Assembly: GCA_964247055.1 (NCBI GenBank)
Contig: OZ176054.1
Coordinates: 7,812,001-7,876,000 of the forward strand
Source of the DNA: Paragordius varius
Lineage: Eukaryota; Animalia; Nematomorpha
Direction: 5' to 3'
Length of the DNA: 64,000 nucleotides
Positions 39,929-53,129 of this stretch are shown piece after piece. Positions within the stretch are counted from its first letter, which is position 1. Each line of letters starts with the position of its first letter. The translations under genes were made by a program, and so were the position numbers. The notes under the pieces were generated by a model that was not told the origin of the DNA, ran no database searches, and was given only the letters and a program-made list of their open reading frames with translations.

Positions 39929-42900
39929 AAGATTTTCAAAAATTAGAGTTTAAATTATTTTTTCCTTAAAATAATCATTAAAGCATACAAAATCAGCCAT
40001 ACTCATGGCAGTTTGTCGAGGAAAGTTATCTGAAGGTTACGATTTCGCTGATACATATGCACGTGCCGTATTAATAGTTGGTATCCCATTTCCGGCCCGC
40101 GTTGATCCCAAAGTCAATCTCAAAATCCAATATCTCAATGAAAGGTATCAGGAGGAAAGAGTTAATAGGTAACGAACTAACTAATTTGTACAAATTTTTC
40201 ATTTTTGTAATAAGTATTTATATATAAGTAGGATCTAAAAGTAAATAAATTATGATAGCTTCTTGTTAGCGTATAACATTTTTGATAAATATATTTACAA
40301 AATACATAAACACTAATAAAATAAAATTTTCAAGTGATAAATACATTTTCTTTATAATTAATTTTAATCAAATTTGACAATTATTTTACGAAAAATTTGC
40401 ATCTAATTTTAATATGTGTTAGAGCTAAAATTGGAATTGATACTGGTGATATGAATGGTATTGATGGAAATACCTGGTATAAATTAGAAGCGGATCGCGC
40501 AATTAACCAAGCGATAGGTCGGGTCATTCGCCATAAACTCGATTATGGGGCCATTTTATTGTGTGATGAACGCTTTTCTCAACAAGCCTTACTCAATGCA
40601 AATAGGAACAATACTAATCAATATTCTCAAACTAGCTCTCTTGTACATGGGTAGTTTAATTTATTTAACTTAGCACGATAATTTTGTTGTTTTAGTATTT
40701 TTTAGATATATGGACTGGTTTTTTCATTTATATATTTGGGTTTAGGGCGAGCTTGCTTTTCAATAATATATTTGGGGAAAAAATAAAATCTGTCATATAT
40801 CAACATTTTAACTAGAAATCTAAGTTATGTCCCAGTATTTTTTATAAATATAATGATGAGTATTATTTGGAAGGCAAAACCTTCGCTGTTTTAATTCCAA
40901 TTTTATACCAAATTTGATTCCAAATATATAATTAGATCAAAAGCATCCTACCCTGGGCTACCTCAATGGTTAAAATCTTACATGAAACATCCCTCTAACA
41001 TGGGCCAAGTTTTGTCTGAACTCCGTGCATTTTTTCAAATCGCTATTCGAGATTATGGGTTGATTGATATGAAATGTGGCAATAAAAAGCTTGATGAGGG
41101 CAAGAAACAACAAAAATCTCATAAAAATAAAGATACAGCCATATCTTTTTCTTCACCCTCCGCACGGAAATGGATAAAAGATTGTAATTAGTTATATTAT
41201 ACTTTAATTGCAATTTTATATTTAATCACTGTGTGTACAAAATATGGGACACCTCCTTTCTTAATAATAACTTTTTTAATAGGCAATGCCTATTAACTAA
41301 ATATTGATCATGCACTTTTCAGATGTTTAAATAAGGTTAATAGGCAACGCCTATTAACACTTCGATTCAAATTGGTGTATCTAGATACTCCAGACTAAAT
41401 TTAAGTTAATATTTTAAAAAACTACTGAAGGAATCGGTACCAATTTAAATTTATACTTCCTAATAAAAATTATATAAATAAACTAAAATATCTAAATAAA
41501 ATTTCGTTTTGAAAAAAAAGTTCCATACTACTTCGACGCCATTTTTATTTTTGCAAAATATCATGTTTATTTAAATTTAAAGGTAAATGTAAAGCTAATT
41601 TTTTTATATTATCACGTCTAACATTGATAGAAATAGAAAAAGTGGTTTATTTTGCATTATTTTTCAATTTGGCCAATCCACACATGTTAGGTTGACTAAA
41701 TTTTTACCTTTGGGTTTTACCTAAAAATAGGTAGTATCAAGTATATTAGAATGAATTTTTCATATATTCCGGTTTATCAATGTTATATCAGTGCAAATTT
41801 TTTCCATGATTTCGATTCCTTCCATATTTTATAACGTATTTAATTATAAATAGGTTTGGGGTATTCAACTACCCCAATTTGAATCGAAGGACTGAAATAA
41901 ATGTATTGTATCCAAGTGTTAACTAAATAGCCCATGTTGTTGATCATGCATTCAGTTTTCGGATGTTTAAATAAGGTCCTAGTTTTAAAGTTATAATTGT
42001 TATAAATTGAATTAAATTTCACTTAAGCTAATTTTTTGTGGGTACAAACCAGGTGACTCACTAAAAAAATTTAAAAAGCCACATAAAATACTTTTCTTAC
42101 CTTAAGGGCCGAATACCGACAAATATTGCCTGCCTATCTGTTTGACACATAAGCCGATATTTATACCTTTAAATAAGCACAACAACAAAAATAAATAATT
42201 AAAAATCAAAACATAAAAAATTAGATGTAGAATGATATCATATATTATTGGGAAAAAGCTGAATCTTATTTTATAAAAAATTTTAGTATTATTAAAAAAG
42301 ACGAAATCGAAAGGGTGAGCAGAAATATTTTTTATCAGTTTTTATTATTATATTTTATAAAATCTTAAATAGATTGCACTACATATGATCATTTATAAAA
42401 TTGTAAATTAAAATTTTCATAATTTATTTATTTTCTTTCTTTCTTGTTTTTTTAGATAAGAGGATCAAAAACTCTCCAATTAAACATGAATCGACACCTG
42501 AATTATTGGAAAGCAAAAATCATATTTTGTCACAATATACCGGTAAATATATAACTCATTATAATATCTTAAATTTATTTATATACATGTATTTAATTCG
42601 TTAGATAAATCAGACACCGAATCATTTTATTCTATTCCTCTCGAATCTTCCCAACAAAAAATGATGGGCAAAATAAACCCAAATTCTAGTCCCGATAAAA
42701 TGGATGATTGCATTGAACAGCGTAAACCCAATACTTTAAATAGGTCTAATTCATCTCAAAGTTTCCTAGCCACTAACAAAAAATCATCTTCTTTTCCAAC
42801 AACTGTTTTATCCCAGCTGTATAATGAACCCAATCGTATCGATCAATTACAAAAAGATTTGATACAAAATCGTTTTAATGCTATGATTGCAGAATCAGAA

Positions 42901-44380
42901 TACATAGATAATAATTGTAGTGAAACTACAAAAAATCCATTTTTTACGAGTGCATTACGCGCCATTGAACAAGAGGAAGCTAGGATAGGTCATAAACTCC
43001 CATGCATGAACGATGTTTTATCAAAGTCTGATCTGTTTAAAGATATGGTGTTACCCCAAAATAATTGTTGTAAATCGCCAGAAATAGCGAATTTGGTGGA
43101 TAATAAAACTAATAAAGCAAATTCACCTTTATTTACGGGGACAACTGTACCCGTTATCAATAATATGTGCAATAAAATAAATGTGATTAATACGACCGTT
43201 AATTTGAACGGTAAAACAGAATCATCACCAATGATAAATGGAACAAAAGCCGAGACAATTACTTACAAAAGCAATGGTATAACATCCTGTAAAAATAATG
43301 TTTTAAATAGCAACCTAAAAACTAAAACTATAAGCACAATTGATCTCTGTAACACTACTGATGATATTGTAGCCGAAAATATACAAAAACTCGATTGCAT
43401 ACCAAAAAACAAGAATGTTACGGATACTGAGGATTTGGCATTAAATGTACTAAAAAATAGTTTACACCAAAATTATTTATCGCCTAATAACACGAATATT
43501 AAAACAATATCTGCAAATATCCAAATTAGGGAATTCAAAAATATTTCCCATTTCTTGGGACATTGCAAAAAAGCTTTACACACCAACCTTGACAATTATT
43601 ACGTCCTTTGTGAAACGCTGAAAAAATACAGGTAAAAATTTCTGGTTTTTCAAATTATAACATTTACTTTTAAAACTATTTTAATATAATTATATATTTA
43701 AAAATATATTTTAGCCGTGTGAAAAGTATATTAACCTTCATACAATCTATCAATCGAATATTTGAACTAAATCCCGAACACCTAGACATTGTTTATTTCA
43801 TTTACAAAAGGTAGGTACGGTTATAAACATTTCATCAAAGAAAAATCCAATTATTTTTTGATTTAATCATTATTATTATTATAGCGTTATAATACCCGAA
43901 CATAAAACACCTTTTCGCAATCAATGTTTACTCCTATATGACGCTTTTGATAAATTATCTCATACATCTGACTTCAATGAATCAAGCCAATCATCTAGTT
44001 CTACTAGGAAATCATCGATTTCAACTCTGAGCAGTTTAAACAATGTATCACATCATTTATCATCGTTGGAGAATTCAAAATATTTCAAACCGAAATCAGA
44101 ATTGCGCTTGGGAAATGATGCTAAACAACAAAATAATTTACTAAACAATTATAAAGTTAGGCAAACAAATAAAAATTCAACTCCTAATATATTAAATGCT
44201 CGGACTGTTAATGATCCCAACATAGCGGTTGATTTAAAAGCTAAACTCATGTACAGGGAACAAAGAAAAGCCCGTTTTGAAAAAGCAGCCACCATCAACA
44301 AAAAGTTAAAAAATGCTGATATTTTATTATCAAATCAGCAAACACTTTTAACCCATTTCAAATCAACCAAACCAAATTAA
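32359..44380 (+). CDS. RTEL1: Regulator of telomere elongation helicase 1 (Fe-S DEAH helicase, ~1570 aa, 20 exons)
   Basis: Exons 32359-32491, 32554-32923, 33204-33472, 33756-33847, 35058-35356, 35801-35987, 36496-36625, 37316-37426, 37777-37928, 38129-38263, 38502-38707, 39009-39199, 39518-39594, 39984-40168, 40423-40650, 40936-41183, 42456-42542, 42605-43631, 43715-43810, 43885-44380; the exon 13/14 junction has an alternative in-frame reading. Motifs [17 protein letters not shown], four Fe-S Cys, [37 protein letters not shown]; harmonin-N-like region near 43530-43930 and a terminal PIP-like motif favour RTEL1 over FANCJ/DDX11. Confidence 0.9.
34326..35048. mobile_element. 723-bp TA-flanked inverted-repeat element with 21-bp subterminal tandem repeats (RTEL1 intron 4)
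   Basis: TA|TACCATTTGCACTTCAAGAGTGTCCTTGAAC ... GTTCAAGGACACTCTTGAAGTGCAAATGGTA|TA; about 4 units of AAGGACCAACTTGAACTGTTC (inverted) at the left end and about 10 at the right end. Confidence 0.8.
37274..37314 (+). repeat. (TA)n microsatellite running directly into the RTEL1 exon 8 acceptor
   Basis: About 20 TA units followed immediately by G, giving TAG|GA at 37313-37317. Confidence 0.9.
37481..37776 (+). repeat. Tandem ~100-bp repeats (nearly 3 copies) ending at the RTEL1 exon 9 acceptor
   Basis: GTGAAATATATGA...TTTTGTTTTAAGATAAA...TTCCTTTTTAAT repeated at ~37481, ~37587 and ~37687. Confidence 0.75.
41358..41918. mobile_element. TTAA-flanked piggyBac-like MITE (RTEL1 intron 16)
   Basis: TTAA|CACTTCGATTCAAATTGG ... 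CCAATTTGAATCGAAGGACTGAAATAAATGTATTGTATCCAAGTG|TTAA. An adjacent duplicated unit (~41281-41340) shows the empty site CCTATTAACTAAATA. Confidence 0.85.
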
Positions 44381-44493
44381 ATGACTATGTGTTAGATCGG
44401 ATGTATAAACTCATTATTTATTGTATACTTATAAATAAATTATTATTATACTTATTTATATATGTACATATGGTTTGGGGTAAGGGAATCAAA

Positions 44494-45844
44494 CTAAGGT
44501 GATTTCGTAGTATTTTTAATGGCTTCCATGGTTTTCTTAAATTGTTCATTGTCTTTCATTAGTTTTTGGAAGTCGGATTTTAAGTTCTCTAGATCTTTGA
44601 CTGAATCAGAATTTATTTTTTTGACCTGTTCTATTTCGGTTTTTAATGTTTCATTCTTTGATTTCATTTCATCCCCTTGTTTCTTTTTCAATTCAAGATT
44701 CACTAATGTTTTTCGATTGCTTGATTCCACCTATGTTTGTGAATAAATTGATTTTTTAATAATCATTATTATATAATTAATTTAAGATTTGACCTGATTT
44801 GTAGTTTTTTAATTTTCGATTTTTGGATAGAAAAATTCACCAGTATAAGCCAAAAAAATTGGGGGTCAGTTTGCATATAAGAAAAATAAACCCTAATAAT
44901 TGCCTAAAAGTCATCAGCTATTTTTTTTAATTTTTTACATAATCTAAGATACAAAATGGCTAAAACTCTGTAAGCCAATAGATTATGATGGCATAAATTT
45001 GTATGCTTTTTATAAAGTAGTGTCTAAAATGCAAAAATCAGTTGTTTTGATTCTAATGTCTTCAATAAAATCTGGTGAAAATTTGTTTAATAGGGTTGTA
45101 AAAATTAAATACTTGAATAAAGTATAAGTTTTGTGTTAAAACGCTTTTATGCACACTGGCTCCCCTTAACTTCTTGCATAAAAAACAGGCGATTAACCCG
45201 TTAGGTCCCTGAGATGGAATATTAAAAAATGTTTTTTTACAATACATTAACAAAACATTTTATTAATAATATAGTACAGTTATTATACATTTTAGGTATA
45301 TATATTTTTATACTTTTTTCTATTATAATAAAATGTTATAATTTAAATTGAAGGGCTTTATAAAATCTATCGAATTCAGGCTAACAATAAACCTAATAGA
45401 AATAAGCCAACCGTAACTATTTCGCTTGCATTAGAAACTCTTTTGAATAATTGAGAATTGGAAATATATCTTTATGTAATTATTTCAGGTGCAGACTTTA
45501 AATCTGTGGTAATTAAACTGTGGCCTATGGGGCCCTAAAAGTACCTTCTTATAGCTCTTAATTATTTCATAAATTATTTGATGTATTTATTTTGAATTCA
45601 AATATAGGCAAATGTTTCAAGCAGTTATGAAATTTTGATCGGTATTACATGGTGCAAGGCCCTTGTGAGACAAGATAAATATTGTTTGTGGCCCTTTATT
45701 TTTGGTGAGTGCTACACTGCTTTAAACATAAAACGCATTTTGTAAAATAAAAATTTTTACTGTGGATACTTTTCGACATGAGCTATACCAACCTGCAGCT
45801 GTTGCAATTGCTACTGCCGCGGCCCCGATTGTTAGGGGATCCAT
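44494..45844 (-). CDS. Tentative orphan multi-exon gene: hydrophobic N-terminus, C-terminal coiled coil; internal exons unresolved
   Basis: Candidate first exon 45770-45844 (MDPLTIGAAAVAIATAAGWYSSCRK|gt), candidate internal exon ~45110-45208, last exon 44494-44730 (tag|GTG, heptad-rich K/E sequence). I could not build one fully phase-consistent model. Confidence 0.35.
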
Positions 45845-46126
45845 AAAAGTTCCGAAATCATTGAAAATGAGCTTTTGAAATATCCAAAAAATTAATCACC
45901 CTAAATATATATATTTAAAAGAATAGATTTGGAATGATTATAACAAAAATTAATAAAAAAAAAACATACCATTTAAATAAATTTAATTATACACAGTAAT
46001 GCTAAGTTTAAATAATTGAAACAATAAAACTAATATTAACAATCATTTGAATATTCACTAACTTAAATGTTAATGCTGATTATTGTATAAAATATATTGG
46101 TTTGCATATAGCAAACATACATATAT

Positions 46127-47086
46127 ATGCAAGATTTCCTTTGTATAAAACCGTACGGTGAATTAATTTTTAAACGTCGTTACAAGGGTCAAAAATACAG
46201 CAAACATCTAACTTTCATCAATAAAACTAAAGAAATTCTTATATTTTATTGTCAATTAGAGGATGAACCATGGACCCATTCTATCAGCATTGAACCACAT
46301 TGTAGTTTTTTGGCACCGACAGAGGGGAAAAAAATAGTAATAAATTTTCGACTCCGAGATAAAACTATATCCGACTCAATCAAAGTGTTGAAAACGAAAT
46401 TAAACATTACGCTAATAAAATCGATTACAGACGATCCCTGTTTTTTGGAGGAAAGTAGCCCCCTTACAGAAAATAAACCTTCATTAAAATCCTTATATAC
46501 CGAACAATTTGGGGATGAAGTGCGTAGGTGTGAAAAACACATAATAATTTACAATACCATCAAAGAAAATTATACTTTACATGAGAGAGACGATGGATAC
46601 ATGATGGACAAAACAAAAAAGTCCACATCACCCAACGATGATAGTGATGAAAACTGTATGGTTCACAGAAAAAATGAATGGGGTGCAAAAAAGGGCAAAA
46701 TCCGACCCAAAGGTGCGGAACAAAACTTTTTACTTGGGCAAGAGTACAAACTGTTACAACGCGAAAATGTTAACATAACTAAACTCAAGGGGGAATTGGA
46801 AAAAAGTGTGAGATGTGAAACCGATCTCACCCAATTCAGGGCAAATATGAAGCGTTTCAATGTACTCTTAACATGTTTCATGGTGTTGGCAATAATTATC
46901 ATGGGTTACGTGTTTGGCCATGGGATTAAATACGTACTCTATCTCACTCATTTAGTTGAGTGGCCCAGTGATTTCCCATGCAGATCATCCACCAATTATG
47001 ACATGGGGTGTGCCACTGATGGTTTTCCATACGGATATCCGAGCACTTACTTACGATACCCATTTAATTGGCTACGATTTATATGA
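46127..47086 (+). CDS. Intronless divergent MSP-domain / VAP-like membrane protein (319 aa)
   Basis: Single ORF; N-terminal beta-rich MSP-like pattern (LCIKPYGELIF...LTFINKT...IEPHCSFLAP), short helical linker, TM segment VLLTCFMVLAIIIMGYVF, then a ~50-aa tail. Confidence 0.6.
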   Translation: MQDFLCIKPYGELIFKRRYKGQKYSKHLTFINKTKEILIFYCQLEDEPWTHSISIEPHCSFLAPTEGKKIVINFRLRDKTISDSIKVLKTKLNITLIKSITDDPCFLEESSPLTENKPSLKSLYTEQFGDEVRRCEKHIIIYNTIKENYTLHERDDGYMMDKTKKSTSPNDDSDENCMVHRKNEWGAKKGKIRPKGAEQNFLLGQEYKLLQRENVNITKLKGELEKSVRCETDLTQFRANMKRFNVLLTCFMVLAIIIMGYVFGHGIKYVLYLTHLVEWPSDFPCRSSTNYDMGCATDGFPYGYPSTYLRYPFNWLRFI

Positions 47087-47629
47087 GATGAGACTGACAA
47101 TAAAAATATGTTATACATACCATTTTAACCTTGATAAATTTACAGTTATATATATGAAAAACAATTTAATCTTATGATACAATTTGTGACATGTGTAAAT
47201 AACAAATAAATACAGGATGCTATTAGCTATTATTAGTACAAAACTAAATGATCCATTAACAACACAGGTTTAAAAAGCGTGCGCGCGTGAATTTCTACTA
47301 CTTGAGCGTAAAAGTGTTTATTGTTCTGATTTCTATAACACGGACCTTGTAAATTTTAAAGGCATTGAATAGTTTTCATGCTTTAAAATACACATATATA
47401 TTTGTGCCAAATAGTATACTATAGCTGATTTAATAACAATTATAGCATTATAGTATTAACAATCTATATGACGCAATCTGATTCAGTTAAAATGCAATAA
47501 ATATATATTTTTAATGTTTTTTTGAAACGTAAAACTAAATTTACTATTTATTTTATTTTTTCTATGGATATTATTGTTATTACTGATTTGGACCTTATCA
47601 ATAAATGAAACATTGTTTGCAAAGGCAAA

Positions 47630-49682
47630 ATGTCATATAGCAAACCGGAAACACTTATTACCATAGATCCTGAACAGTATGTTAATATTAAGGGTCCATT
47701 TTCAGAACCTCAGAAAAGTTCAGTTACCGTAAAAAATGTGATATCAGACATAGTTGCATTCAAAATTGTAACGAATGATCCCACTAACATAGAATTCGAC
47801 CCTCAAGCCGGTATTCTTTTACCAAATCAAACCAAAGTGATTGGTATTGTGTTTGGCCCATGTGATTATGAGGAGGATATGAAACAATCCATTAGATTTG
47901 TCATTTCCGCCATGATAATAAGTCAAGAGCAAAACGACAAAACAGCCGATGTTTGGAGCAGTGCAAACACAGTTAAAAATATAACGGAACAAATACTAAC
48001 CGTTGTTCTAAAACCTGACTCAAGTGATTTAACTTCACCGAAGAAAAAAAAGTATAAAGCCTCTGAAAAATTGACAGTTTCCTCTCATGATGATGATAAG
48101 ACTTCACTTGGTTCCCTTTCCCCCATCATCTTTGATCAGCCTTTGCCACGTAAATTCGACGCAAAAAGCAGGTTTTTGCATAAATTTTATTATTTTATAC
48201 GTTTATTATTTAAAATTACAAGTCATACTTTTAATTTGTTTATGATTTTTTTTCTGATGAATCGGTTATAATTGGAATTTTTTATTAAAAGAAATTATGA
48301 AGGTGAAATTCGGTATTTCAACACAAATCATATTTAAAATATTGGGTCGATTGCATAACCAAGCTATTTTTGATCATAAATATAAGATTTCCCATTTTAC
48401 TTTGATCTACCATCATTGTATAGGTTGTATATAACTATTTCCTTAGTTATCTTTCTATATTTATTATTTATAACCGTTCAAGCTGTAGTCTTGTAATTAT
48501 ACTCTATTTCATTTTCTATCCCTAAATGAAGGTTAAAAAATGGCATTTAATTGATTAATTCAAAAATTTTTTAGGTGTAAGTTGAACTACATAGGTTGAG
48601 ATATTCGATGTTTTTATATATCTATTAGAGTTATTTTAATTCTATCGCATAAATTAGCGCTATTTACCAGGAATTGAAACGGAAACCGTTTTCTCCTTGC
48701 TTTCGACTTTGATTTTGACTCCATTTCAAAAAATGGTTTCGGACATACTGTAAGAGTTTCCAACTCGTGTTTGCGCCTAAAAGTTTTGGTTCGGTTTTAT
48801 TGTTTTTTATGGTTATAATTTAGGATTGTTTTAAACTTACATATGGACAAATTATTACAATTATTTTATAGTCATAAAAATATTAAAGTGTATATGCTAC
48901 AAAAATTATTGTACACTCTTTTTGTGTGAAAAATTGAAAAATTCTGAGATGCATGCATTTAAAATAAAAATTTATATTCTAATATGGTTAACATATTATT
49001 TGTCATTTTTACGAAGCGTTTTATACCTTAGTTCTAGTTCCGCAAGCGGTGACAGAATCGATTAGATCTGTTTTTTGTTTCTAAAGACTTAATTATGGAT
49101 CAAAATAGAATGCTTATGGTTTTAATATATCGCATTCATCAAAAATTTAATATTTATGAAGGTGCACCCATTACTTTACTAAAAACAACGTGGCATATGC
49201 CATATTTGTGCTGACAAGCACCAATTAATTTTACCTCTTCTCCATCCTCATTTATTGGTGTGAGGAACGGAATATTTATTGTAATATGTCAAATATTATC
49301 TCTATGTTGTTTATAATTTACATGCAAAATTAATTATTTGCGATTCAAATAAAAATATAAAAATAAATGATCATATAATATTAATCGTACGATTCATTCC
49401 ATTAGGTCTGCGGATCCGAATGAACTCAAAAAAACAATCGAATTTACCGATAAAGAGCTTGAAATAGCTAAACAAGAATATGCGAAACTAAGGAGACACC
49501 ACAGCAAAACGGATAAGGCTAAGAAAAGTCTTGAAGCCGACTACAAAGCCCGATTGAAAGATAGCATCAAAAATAAAATTCAGACCATGTATGGAATTCA
49601 AATTTTTACGCTCACCTGTCTCATCGTTTTTATTAGTTACTACATTCACAATTTTGTCATGAAATACGTGGAGCACACGTAA
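47630..49682 (+). CDS. VAP-family protein (MSP domain, coiled coil, C-terminal TM; 272 aa, 2 exons)
   Basis: Exons 47630-48171 and 49406-49682 (phase 2, GT-AG). ITIDPEQYVNIKGPFSEP...VAFKIVT...PQAGILLP...PCDYEE...DVWSSA parallels the VAP MSP domain; TM IQIFTLTCLIVFISYYI. Confidence 0.8.
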
Positions 49683-49976
49683 AAAGTTGATCATTATTAA
49701 TTTTAAAATACTCTAACCAAATGTAAAAAATAAATTTATTTTAATTTGAAATGTTATATGTTATTGGAGTCGGTAAACCAATCAATAACTTTATAATTTA
49801 TGCATTTCATTACTGTGTTAAAAAGGAATTCGATAAATACGAAATCTGTTTTTCTTCAAAAAAATTATAATTTATTAAAAGTTATAATAAATGCATTTCG
49901 AGTTTTCATATTTTGAACATTTGCAATTTAAAATTAGTAGTGTGTGACATTTCAAAACACACGAGAATTCGTTTAA

Positions 49977-50557
49977 CACTTGGATACAACACACTCATTT
50001 TAGTCCTTCGATTCAAATTGGGTAGTTGGATACCCCAGGCCTGTTTAAAATCAAATACTGTAAAAAGTATGGAAGGAATCAAAACCATGGAAAAATTTTG
50101 CACTTATATAACATTAATAAACCGAAATATATAAAAAATTTTATTCAAAAATACTTGATATTACTTATTTTGAGCTAAAACCGAAAGGTAAAAATTTCGT
50201 CAACGTGACATGTTTCAAATTGTAAAATTTAAAAATAATACAAAATAAACCGCATTTTCTATTTCTATCAATGTTAGATGTAATTTATATAAAAAGTATG
50301 CTTTAGTTTACCCTTAGAATTAAATGAAGACGATATTTTGCAAAATATTTGTGAAATAAAAATGGCGTCGAAGTAGTTTGAGATGGAACTTTTTTTTTCA
50401 AAACAAAATTATATCAAGATATTTTGCCATACTTATATAATATTTATCAGGATAGAAGCATAAATTTAAATTGGCACCGTTTCCTTTAGTAGTTTTTTAA
50501 AAATTTTAATTTAAGTTTAGTCTGGGGTATTTAGATACCCCAATTTGAATCGAAGTG
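49977..50557. mobile_element. TTAA-flanked piggyBac-like MITE
   Basis: TTAA|CACTTGGATACAAC...CTTCGATTCAAATTGGG ... CCCAATTTGAATCGAAGTG|TTAA. Confidence 0.85.
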
Positions 50558-50867
50558 TTAAAGTGTTCTTATTAGATATAATAATCCATTTTTGTCTGTT
50601 GATTAATATTTGATCATAATTAACATAGACTTATTTAAATTATGTAAAATTTTAAGTAGCAGTCTAACTAACCATAAAAATTTAAAGTGATAGAAACTTA
50701 TAGTGGCATCTAATTGAGTAGTAATGCTATCACAGTATTTAAAGTGTTTTTATATCGTTTCTACCATGCTGCAATATCCTTAAAATACGATTAAATGAAA
50801 TTGTGCTAAAATAGTATTTCGAAAATCAAATGCGTTTATAAACAATATTTAATATTATAACCTAAAC

Positions 50868-51123
50868 CAGGGGTGTCCAACACAAATGGCGCGGGCCTTA
50901 TTCGCATAATATATGGAAATTAACAAATATTTTATTAGATTTCAAACACAAGAGAAAAATTACTATTTTTTTAACATTTTCGTAGCTCATTGCCGAAATT
51001 CGAAATGAATTATCCAGAAAATATGTTTAAAAATCAATTTTCTTTAGATTTCGTAAAATTTTGTATTAAAAATGTGTCGCGGGCCGCAAAATAACTTTAA
51101 TGGCCTCGTGTTGGACACCTTTG
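50868..51123. mobile_element. hAT-type MITE (CAGGGGTGTCCAAC ends)
   Basis: TIR CAGGGGTGTCCAACAC ... GTGTTGGACACCTTTG with GCGGGCC subterminal motifs; candidate 8-bp TSD is degenerate (ACCTAAAC / ATCCAGAC). Confidence 0.65.
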
Positions 51124-53129
51124 ATCCAGACCATAAAAAAATTATATCGCTCAATCTCAGCTCTCTTGCATCTATTTTAATTACTCCATGGTTCGGTATC
51201 TTAAAGGCAGGCAGCAGGTAGCCCTTTTTTATATTTGCGCGGTCCGCGAATATAATTTTTCAAAATTAATACAAAGTTAGATAATGACTGCAAGAAATGT
51301 CGACGGTGACAAACACGCTAAACTAATTATATTGTATCAAGCTTAAGGGGTATATTCAATCTTCAGGCCCAGAAAATTAATTCGTTTTCAAGGTAGCATT
51401 TCGATTTCCCACCTAACAAGATATCATTTTTCAAATCTACCCGTTCGAAATTGGCAAACGTGAAGTTTTGCTATAATAGGTTTAAATTTTTGAATAAAAT
51501 AATTTAATATTTTAGCGTGGGAATAATAGTTAATATCAAATAAGTGACTAATCAATAAGAATAACTGCGATTTTTATGAGTTTTTATTTATTTCAAAAAA
51601 TCTATAAATTAAATTTAAGTCGCCAAAATCACGTATAATTTGAATGATTAATTGAATCTCAATACAACTAAATAAAACTGATTTTTAATAAAAATCATTA
51701 GAAGCATATCAAAAATGTTTTTAATAAATAAAGGAGCAAAGTGCAGCATTGCTTAAAACTTCATTACAATTTTCTATATTTATAACTGATTATACATTTA
51801 CGGGGATGGTCTATTAACAAATGTATTTGGACAGCTGTAGACAAGATTTGTCCGATAAAAGTAAATAATAATGATTTTTTGTCTGGACATATAAATTACT
51901 CACTAGTGAGTGTGGGCGATAATGCTGTTAATATTAAATAAGACTTTATTAAATTACTTTTGACCTTTCAACCTAATATATTTTATATCCAGCAAACTAA
52001 TAAATTATAAATTTGAACGAAGAGATAAAGTGGGACTGGTCGGTTATGATACATTCATGTTCGTGACTGCAACAGCGTTTAAAAATAATTAGTAAAATAT
52101 TTGAATATGTTAATCACATGCTACAAAATAATGTCTTTTAATTTAATAAACAATGGAAATTTTAATTTTTTTAATATAAATTAAAAGTGTATAATGTGAT
52201 TAGAAAAATATGAATCATATTTTCTAATTATGGGGAGGATTCTATTCAAAAGCACATCAGTTATTATTATTACCAGTTATAACACTTCATGCTATCAGTT
52301 AAATTTAAATTATCTTCTAAAGTTTACCATCAAAAACCGCCTAGTTTTGAAATCATTTAAATACAAAGTTAAATTTTATCGGTTTGGGTAATTACGCATT
52401 TAATTTTTCTAAAATTGCTGTGAACGTTTTCCTAAAAAAGCTTATGTTCAAAGCAATGTTATAATTCATTTTATAGTTAAATAAGGGACGCGAATTTATT
52501 GAAAATTAATCGTCTCTAATTTAATTATGAACTATTGTATATTGCAATTCGATAGCATTATCGCAGCATTTAATAATTTTAAATTGCTCTTATCTATGAT
52601 TGGTCAGTATATTAATATAATAGCGACCTTGAACAGTTATAGCCACTTTGCGCTTTGAAATCTGAAGCCTACTGCTATTTTTAAGAGTTCCAAAAAAAGA
52701 TGATTGTTGTCACGGTTTTATAAAAACAGTTTATAAAAACCTGTATTCAAAATCTTAAAACTTTCTATGGCATCTAATTGGACTTCTGTTACTTTTTAAA
52801 TTTTTTATGAAGGTTACTGTTTTTTGGCGGAAGTTTTCAACCCAGCGGCTTAAATTTGTATAATATAATAGTAAAAGATATTTCTAAAATATTACTATCA
52901 AACTATTAATAATATGAAAAAGCTTAAATTTTAACAGTTTTGTAAAGTAATACATTTCAAGAATCTGTTTAATATGCGCCTTAAGGGCAAAGGCATTTTA
53001 ATATGCCCCAAATCATAGATGTTTTTAAAAAAGTTATTTTTTAAGTAGCTGTCGGGGAAAAAACTGCCTTCTGACCCATATATCTATGGTTATAATTAAA
53101 AAAATATAAAATCGTAAGTATTTTATTAA

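Noticed and set aside
48550-49290. Possible antisense spliced gene nested in the VAP intron (pieces GEEVKLIGACQHKYGICHVVFSK, KQKTDLIDSVTACGTRTK, YVRNHFLKW...)
   Set aside because: The first piece has no canonical acceptor or ATG, and the third ends in phase 2, producing TGA with nearby acceptors; no consistent model.
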